DNA of 64,000 nucleotides from Alphaproteobacteria bacterium (GTDB lineage Bacteria; Pseudomonadota; Alphaproteobacteria; SP197): NCBI GenBank assembly GCA_964291415.2, contig OZ219917.1, positions 1,120,001 to 1,184,000 of the forward strand, read 5' to 3'. Shown piece by piece: positions 31,501 to 41,696 of this stretch (position 1 is its first letter; each line of letters starts with the position of its first letter). The notes under the pieces were generated by a model. It saw only the letters and a program-made list of their open reading frames with translations, ran no database searches and was not told where the DNA came from. The position numbers and the translations under genes were made by a program.

Positions 31501-34142
31501 ATGACGCTGTCGCGGGCACGACTGATCTCGACATAGAAGGTCGCCTGATCGGTCAGCAGACCGTGACCGGAATCCAGAACCGCGATGACCCCGTCGGCCG
31601 TACTGCCCTGCGCTCCGTGAACCGTCGAACTCCAGGCATGGTCGATATGGCGCAGCTGCGGATCCTCGTGTTTGAGGGAGAGCATGCCGCCATCGGCGGT
31701 CCGCAGCCGCACCCGATCGCCGGTGATCGCCACGATCTCCGCCTGCTCGCCGTTCACCAGGGCGCGCGCCTTGTCGTTGCGCGTCCAGCGGATGCGGTCG
31801 CCGGCCCGGAGTTCGATTGTGCGGGGCTCATAGACCTCCAGCCGGTAGCGGATGGACCCCTGCGGTGCGATCCGGCGGGTCGTGCCGTCGGGATGGGAGA
31901 GCAGCACGTGGTCGCCCTCGACACCGATCACCGTGCAGGCGTCGTCGGCCTTCACCCGATAGTTCACGAGGTCCTGGTGGAACACCACCACGTCGCCCTC
32001 CCCGTAGTTGCGCACGTCCGCCTTCTCGGCGCGCGTCATGCCGAGTCCGACCAGGCGTTCGATGGTGAGAACCGGTCCGCGCAGCACGCCTTCGGCGCTG
32101 AGACCCTCGCGGACTTCTCTGTTGATCTCCGCGCGCAAGGCGTGGGTCGGCGCCATGAGCAACGTGCGCGAGCGGGCTTCCGCATCCAGTTCCAGCCAGG
32201 CGCGTGCCGCCTTCTCCGCGAGGTCGTCGTGATCGACCTCGACCAGGCCTGTACCGAGAAGACGGACCGCGGTGCCGGGTTCGCCCTCCAGGACCGCCAG
32301 GACCGCCGCCTTGAGATCCGGGCTGCGCTGGCGGCGGATGTCGCTCATCAGCGCGGTCGTCATCCCGGCCTGCTGCAGTTGCCGGAACGGCTGGCCGGCA
32401 TCGACCGGGCGGAGCTGGCCGGTGTCGCCCACCAGCACCAGGCGCGCGATGTCGAGATTCTGCGCAATGCGCATCAGGGAGCGCATCTGCTCCGTCGACA
32501 CCATCGATGCCTCGTCCAGCACCACCACCGAGCCGGCAAAGAGCGCGCGCAGCTTGTCGATATCCGGACCGGGGTTCTCGACATCCGCAACCCGGCAACG
32601 CGTGAGGAACCATTGCAGCGTGCGCGCATGGAGTCCCGCTTCGCGCTCCAGCACGCGCGACGCGGCAGCCGAGGGCGCAAGGCCGATGATCCGCCGCTCC
32701 CCGGCGAGGTCGCGGACTTCGCGCAGCATGGTGGTCTTGCCGGTCCCGGCGCGGCCCTGCACGCCGACGATCAGGTCCTCCGACAGGAGAATGGACCGCA
32801 CCGCGTCTCGCTGCCCCTCGGTCAGGCCCGATCCCGCCAGCCGCGTCGCGACATCGTCGTCGCGGGCCAGCGTCCCGGCCTGGTCGATACCGGCCTTCAT
32901 CATGGCGATCACCGCACGCTCCGCCTTCAGCGTCCGGTCGGTGACGAAGGCGCGGTCGGCGCGCCGCAACGCGGCCTCGACCAGGTGGCCGTCGCGCACC
33001 AGCTGCCCGACCGCCTGCCTGATCTCGTCAAGCGTATGGCGCCCCGGCGAATGCGCCAGCGCCAGCGTTTCGAGGTCCTGCGCCGCAAACACCGATTGCC
33101 GCTCCTCGAGGCGTTCCGCCGCGCGGGCCACGATCTCCAGGGCCGACAGATCCTTCGCCCTCCGCACCGGTCGGCGAGGCCGGGCTGCCGCGAGGTCGGC
33201 TCCGAGGCCAAGCGCCTGAGCCCGCTCCGCCCAGACCGTCTCCAGCATCGCCCGCAGCGGCTCGTCCTTGCGCCGGCGCGTTGCCAGCGTCGCCATCTGC
33301 GCCGAGGCCTGGCTGTGGTCCCAGCCTCGCTCGCGCATGTAGTCCAGGATCTCAGCCCGGCGCGTCGAGAACGCGTTGCGCAGCTTCCGGTCGTAACCCG
33401 CGATCTCGAAGCTTGGCATCCGTCCCGACATGGCGGGCTCGACGTCATAGCCCCGTTCCAGCAGCCTGCGCGACAGTTCGTTGCGGTAGTAGGCGCCGAT
33501 CTGCCGGGCATGGCGGTGGAGGAGAGTGGCCTCGATGCTGCGCCAGCGCCCCTGCTTGTCGCGCGTCATGTTGGCGATCACGGCGTGGGTATGGAGCTGG
33601 GGATCGAGATTGCGGCTGGCGACGTGGCGGAAGGTCGCCGCGACCATGTGGGGTGCCTTGATCCGCGGACGCTTTCGCGTGGCGAAATCCCAGCCGCGGG
33701 TCTCCAGGAGGTTCGCCTCGATCCAGTCCAGCGTTGCGCGCACCGCCTCGTCATGGGCGTGCACCACGCCGCGGTCGCCGTGGGGGTGGCGCCTGGTCGG
33801 CAGGAGGGCCGCCAGCGACACCGATTTCGGCGCCGAAAAGGTGATGTCCAGACCCGGGCGGTGTTCATGGGCGCCGGCGCGCTTGCGGCCGAGGCGGATG
33901 CCTGTGCCGATCACGTGGCCGGCCAGCAGCGACTCGAACTTGCCGGCGGCGACGTGAAGGTCGGGCCGCAGCCCCAGGGCCATCGCGCCTTTGCCGTGCC
34001 AGAAACTGCCGTTGCGGTGTTCCGCGTTCTTCGCCCGCCCTTCGTCGCTCTCCCGGCCGGCGGCCGTGTAGTAGCCGCCGTCGCGGCGCAGGTAGTCGGC
34101 CGTGGCCGACGCCGATGTCAGGTTGCGGACCGACGCAACCAT
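28554..34142 (-). CDS. MOBF (TrwC/TraI-like) relaxase-helicase with long C-terminal extension
   Basis: DY....GYY, DITFSAPKSVS, H..SR..DPQLHTH (HUH), GRAGTGKT, DEASM, TVHGAQGST. Confidence 0.93.
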   Translation of the reverse strand: MVASVRNLTSASATADYLRRDGGYYTAAGRESDEGRAKNAEHRNGSFWHGKGAMALGLRPDLHVAAGKFESLLAGHVIGTGIRLGRKRAGAHEHRPGLDITFSAPKSVSLAALLPTRRHPHGDRGVVHAHDEAVRATLDWIEANLLETRGWDFATRKRPRIKAPHMVAATFRHVASRNLDPQLHTHAVIANMTRDKQGRWRSIEATLLHRHARQIGAYYRNELSRRLLERGYDVEPAMSGRMPSFEIAGYDRKLRNAFSTRRAEILDYMRERGWDHSQASAQMATLATRRRKDEPLRAMLETVWAERAQALGLGADLAAARPRRPVRRAKDLSALEIVARAAERLEERQSVFAAQDLETLALAHSPGRHTLDEIRQAVGQLVRDGHLVEAALRRADRAFVTDRTLKAERAVIAMMKAGIDQAGTLARDDDVATRLAGSGLTEGQRDAVRSILLSEDLIVGVQGRAGTGKTTMLREVRDLAGERRIIGLAPSAAASRVLEREAGLHARTLQWFLTRCRVADVENPGPDIDKLRALFAGSVVVLDEASMVSTEQMRSLMRIAQNLDIARLVLVGDTGQLRPVDAGQPFRQLQQAGMTTALMSDIRRQRSPDLKAAVLAVLEGEPGTAVRLLGTGLVEVDHDDLAEKAARAWLELDAEARSRTLLMAPTHALRAEINREVREGLSAEGVLRGPVLTIERLVGLGMTRAEKADVRNYGEGDVVVFHQDLVNYRVKADDACTVIGVEGDHVLLSHPDGTTRRIAPQGSIRYRLEVYEPRTIELRAGDRIRWTRNDKARALVNGEQAEIVAITGDRVRLRTADGGMLSLKHEDPQLRHIDHAWSSTVHGAQGSTADGVIAVLDSGHGLLTDQATFYVEISRARDSVMVLTDNGEQLIETLEANTGERATALEAIGVAPDALRVSLPEKPMRRRPQAETASAARRDDDNAGALPGDGRPPPKETGGRDGGEDGAARNRLHDIETAGRRDAAIAAFNASWRSVEDAPGERPRPDVPGYDRLLKSARALLKDPALPAAVRQRATALVDADSAWRRMDGRIDALHREANRLLHVRRSLIERAARETCPVVETAGYADWIAAVSGLEAAWQDMNDNRDARTFLAARSTSSGVITTCLGTFRVARECDDASSRFEALRRAVHERAAARNTIAFHVDGHDELVRQARLLAALKNVPAHTRASAREVIARDAEARARQDRVLALAAEAVRLLDGHRHLAAQDTERPAAELGGYPAWRDRWLKARRQWRAMLRRPDLWQPHLDRNAGEVNERLARCERLAATDAAWARFVAAHRRVEARARAEERSPFGMAGWHGLVTQARVLVLRDDLPDAAALLARSVLASDAQGQACRDAIDRFLDDAREHARRWRVLDAEARERSRRGRDTVITDLDGYRPLAVDGRELAATGRALLDSERYGPHLDHDPAAVRRITRALERLERMRPFDRFLELNRDLKALRRRARRDGVLTFHAEGYGAVIDDVRELAGDRELPAGARRRLKSVLEEHARCTHECARIEERVREMDVLDREHRSLAERARQDNVPITLLDDWPRWQKKAATWHGKAQDLLDLDRFARHLLSQPASRERVETGLADVAERLAAPGHDRNRITAMVREEAARLYARPPGGAFAIAWRGQDQLVTGDRLRRRLAQDGSVRELVVVWPGDSGGQRSTDTLLVQRVGTERDVDGSRKGRVERVECRDLTRDQVHRATWSDERLRDAAAARERSVPDAAHRIACNQNVVAGDQLRWTMMPDPSTGTPGHDDIDPGVPVGPRHCEGVLVRIVAGKTRAEDLCILEVRRVNGREKVHEVEMERRQLSGRGCYRALWTDENERSRTMREQTDELRERRCILNRRGPHWSM

Positions 34143-34586
34143 GGTTCGTCGTCGTGGCGCCGCACCCCTGACCACGCGATCACCGGAGGTGGAGCGAACC
34201 CCGTCAAGGGGCGGAAAGGCGTCTCAAGGGCGTCGCGCATGATCCTCAAGGATGGCGTGGGCGGAAGGGCGCTCATCATACCGTCTGCGGGCCCGCAGGG
34301 AAAAACGTCAGAACGCCTCGCTGAACGTCCACGGCGCATCGGAACGCCCGGAGCGGCGAGGGGGACACGCCGCCGGTCCGTCATGCCGTCGCGAATGGTG
34401 GCAACCGCGACGAAAGGGATGGCGTCCGTGTCCCCCGTGGGCAAGACTAGCGTGCATAGCCCACGGTTCCCAATCACGACCTGCTGTCCTCAGAACAGGG
34501 AAGGATCCGTTCGCGGCGGTGCTCGAACCGGCATGGACACCGACCACACCATGTCGAGCGAGCCCGCAACCGAAGAGGCGGTGACG

Positions 34587-35913
34587 ATGGCGCTTCACCT
34601 TGTCCACCACGATCTCTCCTTTGCAGTTGCGCTGACGCGACGAGCAGGAAGAGGCCCTTCGCAGGGTGGCCGCCGGAGATCGCAGCGAGCATCTCGAGGC
34701 GGCCTTCCTCGAGATCCTGCTTCGGGCGCACGCGGAACGCCTGTGGCTGGCGTGCGACTGCCGGGGCAAGCGAGGCAGGCCGCCGGTCAACGGACCATGC
34801 CGCCGCATGGGCCGCTACTTCTGGCGCCGGTTGCCCGCCCCGCACGTGGCGCATGCCGAAGGCTGCGTCTACTCTCGCGTCTCCGTCGCGCACCGGGGCG
34901 GGGACCCGGAATTCCGGGCGCCGGTGGAGCCGCCCGGCGACAGGTTCTTCACGGTGCTTGCGATCGAGCCGGACGACCCGAGGATCGCGGAACCGGACGC
35001 CGCGGCGGACCGCCGCGGTGCGGGCTATGGAAACCGGTCCCCGAAGCTGCGCCAGAGACTGTTCGAACTGATGGTGCATGCCGGGCTCAACCGCTATCCC
35101 GATGCCGAAGCGGCGAATGCGAAGCAATGGTGGAGCCGGATCAGGCGGGCCGCGAAGGGATTCGAGATCGCGCCCGGCGTTGCGCTGGAGGATCTCCTTT
35201 CCCCTATCGGCGCATGTGGCGGATGGACCTTGTCGGCGACAGGATGCAGAGCCTCGCGGAGACCTGGGCGGAAGGCCACAGGCCCCAGGGGTTCCTCTGC
35301 GGAGCCGTATGGGATGTGGACGACCATGGCGTCACCGGCGCCAGGGGCACGCGCCTCGACGTCGTCTCCCGTGTCACGCGGCCGGTGATCGGCGGAAACC
35401 CGGTGAGCCCGCCCTACCTTTTCATAGGCGTCGTGGGTCTCGAGGACGGCGCGGCCGCCTGGGCCTGCCTTGCCGGCCATGCCCAGCCGATCGTCGCCAT
35501 GAACTGTCCGATTCCGGTGGAATCCAACGCGGAGCGGCAGGCATTCGGCACGCTGAGGAAGACCCTCGGAATCCTGAACGGGAATTCGACACGGTGACGT
35601 TCAGTCTGGAAAAGCCGCTGTTCGAGACCAACACGGAGCACGGCCCGTGCCTTCCCGACTTCGTCATCCGGGCCCGCCCCGAGGGCTGGGAAGGCAGGGA
35701 CAGCGTCGATTTCATGATCGAGGTCATGGGGTTCGAAGACGAGGACTACCGCCGGCGCAAGGAGGAAACCCACTGGGCCATGAGATCCCTGGGGACGCTG
35801 TGCGCCATGGAGGAGGCAGGTTCGGCACACCCGGCAGGCTGGCAGCGGAAGGAACGGACGTCACCGACAGGATCCGTGCGGTGCTTCGCAGGAGAATGAC
35901 CGGACAATCGTGA
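34587..35913 (+). pseudogene. DUF1173/CoiA-like protein (Zn finger + PD-(D/E)XK-like tail), about four frameshifts
   Basis: WLACDC...HAEGC, PIPVES.AER, LEKPLF...LPDFVI...IEVMG spread over successive frames. Confidence 0.55.
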
Positions 35914-36385
35914 CCGTGCTCATCCGGCCGGTCGACGCGTCACGATGTCGACGCGTCACACCGATGTGCACGCGACTGTCGAGACCCGCCCGAAAGTCGA
36001 CACATTGGTCAGGGAAGCGAGCGTCCGTCCAGGAGCCTCGAAACCTCGTATGCCCTGCCGGTTGTCGCGAGTCCTGTGCCGGTGTCGACGACTTCGGCCG
36101 GTGATTCGGGGAGCTGCACAGGCCGTGTTGACGACAGGAGATTGCGGAGGTTACACTTCACATGCGGTTGAGGGATCCGAATGTTGGCCGCACGCACATC
36201 ACAAGAGGCGCTTCGCTGGTGAGCCAGACGAATGGACTTTCTGTCCCGAGGGGTGTGTCCTTTTTGCAACATGGCCTCAAGGATCGCCTCTTGACTGGTT
36301 GTCCCCTGACGGGGTTAGATGGTTTTGTTTGCCTACCCGATTCGATCGGGCCACGTATCATCCTTGCAAGGGAGAAATGTAAACG

Positions 36386-37963
36386 ATGAGCAGATTGAAC
36401 AAACTTTCCGCACTTGCGGCAGCCGTGGCCCTGTCGGGCGGGCTTGCTGCGTGCGGCGGTGGCGGCGGATCGACCGACGAGTCGATGATGCAGACACCGC
36501 AGGAGATGTGCGCTGATGCCGGCGGCCGCTACAATGCGGACGGCAGTTGCACGTCCGCCGAGGCGTTGGAGGTCGAACGGCTTCAGGGTCTGATCGCGGA
36601 TCTGCGCCAGCAACTCGGGATCGACGACACCGCCGATCCAAGCGCCACCATCGCGGATCTTCAGATGGAGCTTGAGGATCTTCAGGAACAGCTCCGGGAG
36701 ATAAACGAAGAGAAGGAAACGGCTGACGCGAAGGCCGCGGCCGCGGCCGCCAGAGCGTTGTTTGCCGGTATTGGCGACACCACCAACTTCGTCTTCACGC
36801 TCGAGCAAATCACTGTTGCCGACGAATACGGCGGCGGAATGGCCTCCTTCACAATTGAGAGCGGGGCTACTACTCCTTTGGCTCCGGGCGTTGCCGGCGA
36901 CGACACGATGAAGTCCGCCGAGCCCATGCTGGGTCCGGTTTGGCAGGGCACGATGCTCACCGACGCCATTGCTGCCGACGCTACCACAAATCCTGGCGCC
37001 AGCACTACCGTGGTCGTCTACACCGACATCGCGAAGCCGAAGCCGGTGCCGTTCGGTGACGTGCATGCGCTAGATGGCGATGTTCTGCGCCTTAATGCCG
37101 ATGCCGACGCAGACGCTCACGTAGGACTGATTTCTTCAAATGGATCGGAATTCAAGCACACCGGTCGAATGGATCACGATCCCGATCCTGAATCAGCCAC
37201 TGATGTTGTTCGGGTTAGGGGCATGTTCAACGGAGCTATGGGTGAGTACCGCTGCACGGCGGCTACTCCGACCACTTGCGCGTCGATAGAATCGTCAGCG
37301 GGTGTCAGGCTCGTGGGTGCGGACGGCTCGGCGACGAGTGCGTGGATCTTTGATCCGGATTCCGAAGCCAAGGCCATGATGGCCGACCCGCACTTCGCCT
37401 ACTTCGGCTGGTGGCTGAACAAGGGCACCGCCGACGAAGGCGTCGAGGCTGGCGTGTTCCACGGCGTGACAGACGCCACGGCCACTGAGGACCAAACATT
37501 GGCGGCGCCCACCGACATCAGCGCTCTGGGTGACACGGCGACCTACAGTGGTTCGGCAGCCGGCAAGTACGCCATCCAGCCGAGCCTCTCCGCCGCCTCC
37601 GGCGGCCATTGGACGGCCGAGGCGACCCTGACCGCCGATTGGGGAACCGAGACTGCGGCGGGAACGATCTCCGGTATGGTCAACAACTTCATGGCCGGTG
37701 GCGAGATGATGGAGTGGAGCGTTGCGCTCGGCGAAACTCCGCTTAGTGCGACCGGTGCATTCGACACCAGCGACGACACGAACGGTAACATGGTGGTTTG
37801 GACCATCGGTGGCGTTGACGGAGCGGAAGCCGGCAATTGGTCAGGCGGTCTCCGCGCGGCGGGTGACAACGGTGTGCCGACACTGGCCACGGGTTCGTTT
37901 ATGGGAACCCATGGCTCCGTCGGCCACATCCTCGGCGCGTTCGGCGCTCACCTCGACGAGTAG
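36386..37963 (+). CDS. Surface lipoprotein with TbpB-like C-terminal barrel (T11SS cargo candidate)
   Basis: Lipobox LAAC + GGGGGS, coiled coil, ATYSGSAAGKY, TLTADW...ISG, terminal GAFGA. Confidence 0.8.
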   Translation: MSRLNKLSALAAAVALSGGLAACGGGGGSTDESMMQTPQEMCADAGGRYNADGSCTSAEALEVERLQGLIADLRQQLGIDDTADPSATIADLQMELEDLQEQLREINEEKETADAKAAAAAARALFAGIGDTTNFVFTLEQITVADEYGGGMASFTIESGATTPLAPGVAGDDTMKSAEPMLGPVWQGTMLTDAIAADATTNPGASTTVVVYTDIAKPKPVPFGDVHALDGDVLRLNADADADAHVGLISSNGSEFKHTGRMDHDPDPESATDVVRVRGMFNGAMGEYRCTAATPTTCASIESSAGVRLVGADGSATSAWIFDPDSEAKAMMADPHFAYFGWWLNKGTADEGVEAGVFHGVTDATATEDQTLAAPTDISALGDTATYSGSAAGKYAIQPSLSAASGGHWTAEATLTADWGTETAAGTISGMVNNFMAGGEMMEWSVALGETPLSATGAFDTSDDTNGNMVVWTIGGVDGAEAGNWSGGLRAAGDNGVPTLATGSFMGTHGSVGHILGAFGAHLDE

Positions 37964-37984
37964 CCGCACTTCGAACTTGTTGTG

Positions 37985-38013
37985 GGGCGGCGACTTCGGT
38001 CGCCGCCCTTTTT
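37985..38013 (+). terminator. Rho-independent terminator
   Basis: GGGCGGCGAC-TTCG-GTCGCCGCCC-TTTTT. Confidence 0.92.
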
Positions 38014-39014
38014 CTGTGTGCCGAGCATGACTGGCAGCTTGGAGGTGGAAGTCCTCCATCCAGCCCGATGGCGGCGAAGGATTAGCGAAGCGCAAGGACG
38101 TTGTCGTGAGGCAGGGTCTGAAGGAAGCGTGAAGCAAAGCCGTGAGCGGGTGGACAAGAACCGGATCCGAGGCCTTCCCGGCCGGACGAGCGGGCAGATG
38201 ATCGCGAAGTCCAGGGCCATCAAGGGCCGGAGTGGTGAATCCGGCGGATGTGCGGTGAAAGCGATTGGTTTTACCTCGGGAGGTCTGCGCCGCGTCCGGA
38301 AGCGCCGGACTGAGCGGCTCCGCAAGGGCCGTGATCGCGGTGCAGAAGTCAGCAGAGGGCATAGTAACCGGCGTGCCGGCGAAGGCCTGAACGGTGGACA
38401 GGGCTAGTAGGACGGCAGGCTCATGCGGACCATGCGGCAGAGCATCCAGTTGGAACTGGCCTTGGAGCCGGAAGTAAAGGGTGAAGCCCGGAGCGCCGGA
38501 GACCGAGGAACCGAAGCCCGCATGGCGCGTGCCGAACCCGAACACCCGCGGTCGGGCGGGGACCGACGATGGAGGCGGCCCTGCAGCCCGGCATTGTGAA
38601 GAAGGCGCTGGCGCGTGTCCGGCGCAACAAGGGAGCGCCCGGCATCGACGGCATGACCGTCGAGGAGTTGGGCGCTTATCTGAAGGACCACCGGCCCGAG
38701 AGCAGGTCCCGGCTTCTTGACGGCACCTACGAACCGCGGCCGGTACGGCATGTCGAGATACCGAAGGCATCGGGAGGCCTTCGCCCTCTCGGTGTGCCGA
38801 CGGTGCTCGACCGCTTGATCCAGCAGGCGGCAATGCAAGTGCTCCAGAGAGACTGGGACGCAAGCTTCTCGGAGGCGAGCCATGGGTTCCGACCCGGACG
38901 CTTGGCCCATCAGGCGGTAGAGCGCGCGCGGGAGCACATCCTCGCGGGCTACGTTCATGTGGTTGATCTCGATCTGGAGAAGTTCTTGGAAGCATTGTCA
39001 TACTGCCCCCCAGC

Positions 39015-41225
39015 TTATGCGGAGTGACCGAAGAGGTCCGGCTTATCGTCTACAACCCTGATACGTAGAGCCTTTTTTCTTCCGGCGCGGACATGGATGG
39101 CGTCGAGTTCGCCACGCTTTACACGTTGCAACACGGTCTGACGGGTCACACCGAGACGCTGCATGGCCTCGATCATCGGGACGTAGCCGGGCGGCGCCTC
39201 TTCCATGAGCCTGGGACGGAACGCGTCCGTGATGCGGATGCGCCACGGGGCTCCCGGCGTGACTTGCTCACCGTCGATGAAGCCGTCATTGAGCCATCGA
39301 TGCACCGTCGAGGTTGCGATGCCGAGTATCTTCGCCGCCTGGGCGATGTTGACCAGCTCGCCATCGGTGGCCGCGGTCGCTGGATCGAAGCACGGAATGC
39401 TCCAGTGCCGGCGGAGATTGCCGACGCGATGGACATTGAAGGGATGCCCGTAGGCGGTTGTCTTGCCCTGGCGATTGAGTATGGCGGCGATCACCGCATC
39501 GGAATGGAACTGAGCGAGGCGGCGGACCAGATCGATGATGTCGTCGTCGGTGCGGACCGCCGCCCGTCGTTTGCGCGGGCGCTCGAGTTCGATCTCGGTC
39601 AACAACCCGGTCCGCCAGCGCAGTGTCAGGTGGATATGATACTCGCCGCGCGGGGCAAGAACGATGACCTCATCGAGCACCGTGCGCAGCAGCTCCTTCC
39701 TGTCGCGAGCCGTCGTCGTGGGCGCATCCCAGGCGCGCTGGAGATCCTCGCCGAGGGCCAGGAGCGAATCGCGCTCGGCGGCATCGAGTTGGCGCGGCCG
39801 GTCGCGATGACGCCGCTCCATCTCATTCTGCGCTTCTTCGAGTGCGTTCAGACACTGCTCCCATTCCCGTTCCAGCCCGCGGGCGACGAGACGATGTTCG
39901 GGCTCGACAGCGCGATACCGGCGCTCGGCCTTCTCGGCCTCGTAACGTGCTCGCTCGACGGTGAGCCCCCATTGCTTGAGCGCCTGATCGTAGTCCGCCT
40001 CGATGCGCTCGACCGCCTGCAAGGCGGCCTTGATGCCGGCCGGTCGGATCGCCTCCAGGACGGCCTTGGCGACCGCCTGGTCGATCTGCACGGCCCCCAC
40101 ATGCAAGCACAGGGAGCGCCGCGCCTCGACCAGCTCCTTGCCCCTGCAATGATATCCGGGCGAGGAGGTCCGGCCGGTGTAGTGGGTCGCCAGGCGGCGC
40201 CCGCACTCGCCACAGATGCCGAGACCCTGCAGCAAGGCCGTTCCCTCACGCACCGCTCCCTTGCCCGCGCCATGCGACAGCGGCCGGGTGTTGCGCGACA
40301 GGCGCTCGAGAATGGCTTCGTGGGTGGACCAGTCGATATAGGCGGGATGATGGTCGTGGATCAGTACCTGCCATTCGGAGCGGGGCAGCCTGCGGATGCG
40401 CGTGCGCACGATGCCGTTCTCGTCGACATGGCGCTCACGCCGCGACTTGCCGTAAGCGTAGGCGCCGGCATAGACCGGATTGGTCAGCACTTCATGGATG
40501 GTGTGATAGGCGGGCGGTTCCCAGCGAAGCTCGGCATGGCGGTGGAAGCGGTGGGGAAAGTGCAGCTTCTCCATCACGAACCAGCGCCACACCCGGCGTG
40601 CCGATCCGAACTCGGCGAATCGTTCGAACACGGCGCGGATCGCGGCCTGAACCTCCTCATTGGGGTCGAGAAGGATCTCGGCGCCGGCCTCGCCCCGGAT
40701 GTATCCGATGGGCTGTCCTCGGTAGAGCTCACCGCGCGCCGCCTTGTTGCGGATTCCGCCATCGAGCCGTGCTCGCAGGATATGAAGCTCCGCCTCGCTC
40801 ATGGTGCCCTTCAGTCCCAGGACGAGTCTGTCGTTGAACAGGCCGGGATGATAGATGCCGTCGGCGTCGCCGATCAGGGTGTCGGTCAATCCGCACAGGT
40901 CAAGCAGTCTGTACCAGTCGGCGTTGTTGCGGGCGAGTCTCGACACCTCGAGCCCGAGCAGGAGCCCGACCTGGCCGAGGGCCACTTCGGCGGTCATGCG
41001 CGCGAAGCCGCTGCGTCCTTCGGCAGTGGCGCCCGAGAGGCCGAGGTCCTCGTCGACGATCGTGATCCGGTCGGAGTGCCACCCCAGATCACGGGCGCGA
41101 TCGGCCAGGGCGTACTGGCGCCGGGTCGACTCGCGGTTGTTCTCGACCTGGGACGGCGAGGACTGGCGGACGTACACGAGGGCACGGCGTTGCCGATGTG
41201 CAGCACAGATCTTGCCATCAGTCAT
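39015..41225 (-). CDS. Large serine recombinase
   Basis: YVRQSS, DEDLGLSG, EVSRLAR, recombinase domain NPVYAGAY, Zn ribbon CGECG, C-terminal HTHs. Confidence 0.93.
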   Translation of the reverse strand: MTDGKICAAHRQRRALVYVRQSSPSQVENNRESTRRQYALADRARDLGWHSDRITIVDEDLGLSGATAEGRSGFARMTAEVALGQVGLLLGLEVSRLARNNADWYRLLDLCGLTDTLIGDADGIYHPGLFNDRLVLGLKGTMSEAELHILRARLDGGIRNKAARGELYRGQPIGYIRGEAGAEILLDPNEEVQAAIRAVFERFAEFGSARRVWRWFVMEKLHFPHRFHRHAELRWEPPAYHTIHEVLTNPVYAGAYAYGKSRRERHVDENGIVRTRIRRLPRSEWQVLIHDHHPAYIDWSTHEAILERLSRNTRPLSHGAGKGAVREGTALLQGLGICGECGRRLATHYTGRTSSPGYHCRGKELVEARRSLCLHVGAVQIDQAVAKAVLEAIRPAGIKAALQAVERIEADYDQALKQWGLTVERARYEAEKAERRYRAVEPEHRLVARGLEREWEQCLNALEEAQNEMERRHRDRPRQLDAAERDSLLALGEDLQRAWDAPTTTARDRKELLRTVLDEVIVLAPRGEYHIHLTLRWRTGLLTEIELERPRKRRAAVRTDDDIIDLVRRLAQFHSDAVIAAILNRQGKTTAYGHPFNVHRVGNLRRHWSIPCFDPATAATDGELVNIAQAAKILGIATSTVHRWLNDGFIDGEQVTPGAPWRIRITDAFRPRLMEEAPPGYVPMIEAMQRLGVTRQTVLQRVKRGELDAIHVRAGRKKALRIRVVDDKPDLFGHSA

Positions 41226-41379
41226 GGTCGATGCTCTCCGCCTGGGGCTTCTCCGGTGCCGCCTTGGCGATGACCTCGGCCAGCCGTTCGAGCACGACGC
41301 GGCGTGTCTCCTCGTCGAGGGCTGTCCACAGCTCCTCGTGCGGTTCCCGGGTTCCCGGAAAGATCAGGTTCAGTTGCAT
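41218..41379 (-). CDS. Small protein upstream of recombinase
   Basis: MQLNLIF...LWTALDEETRRVVLERLAEVI; overlaps recombinase start. Confidence 0.6.
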   Translation of the reverse strand: MQLNLIFPGTREPHEELWTALDEETRRVVLERLAEVIAKAAPEKPQAESIDHD

Positions 41380-41696
41380 GACAGGGCTCCGCTTCAGAAC
41401 GAGCGAGCAGAGCATCGACGAGAGATCGCAAGTGCAACAGATCGTGCGGTCCGGCTGTGAGTTGATGACCGGTCCCCGGTTGTCCGGTGGCATCGCCGGG
41501 CACGGCATCCGTCCACTCGACGGGAACAAGACGGCGGCTGCCGTCAGGACCAAGAAGGAGAAGAAGCAGGACGCCGTCCTGCCGGCGAATCTGCTTCAGG
41601 ACTTCAAGCGACTGGCCCTGATAGGGATGCGCCTCGCGCGTAATCCTGACCGAGACCGGAAGCTCACGGAGGTGGGTAGTGTGTCGGGTGGTCCTT
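41222..41696 (-). CDS. DUF5372 (Y4bD/Y4pK)-like accessory ORF lacking its start in the integrated state
   Basis: VRITREAHPYQGQSLEV...PDGSRRLVPVEWTD...DLLHLRSLVD; frame open across the element end. Confidence 0.7.

Larger units (their letters stand above)
38988..41696 (-). mobile_element. Large serine recombinase element inserted in the RT gene
   Basis: CTT at both junctions (38985-38987, 41694-41696); removal restores AAG TTC TTC GAC CGG (KFFDR). Confidence 0.9.

Noticed and set aside
34150-34215. Possible MOBF nic site (minus strand GGGGTGCGGCGC) and small hairpin
   Set aside because: Only loose similarity to F-type nic and very close to the start codon; not enough support
30954-35597. 1547-aa plus-strand ORF
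   Set aside because: Mostly the antisense shadow of the GC-rich relaxase; only the tail belongs to the frameshifted DUF1173-like gene
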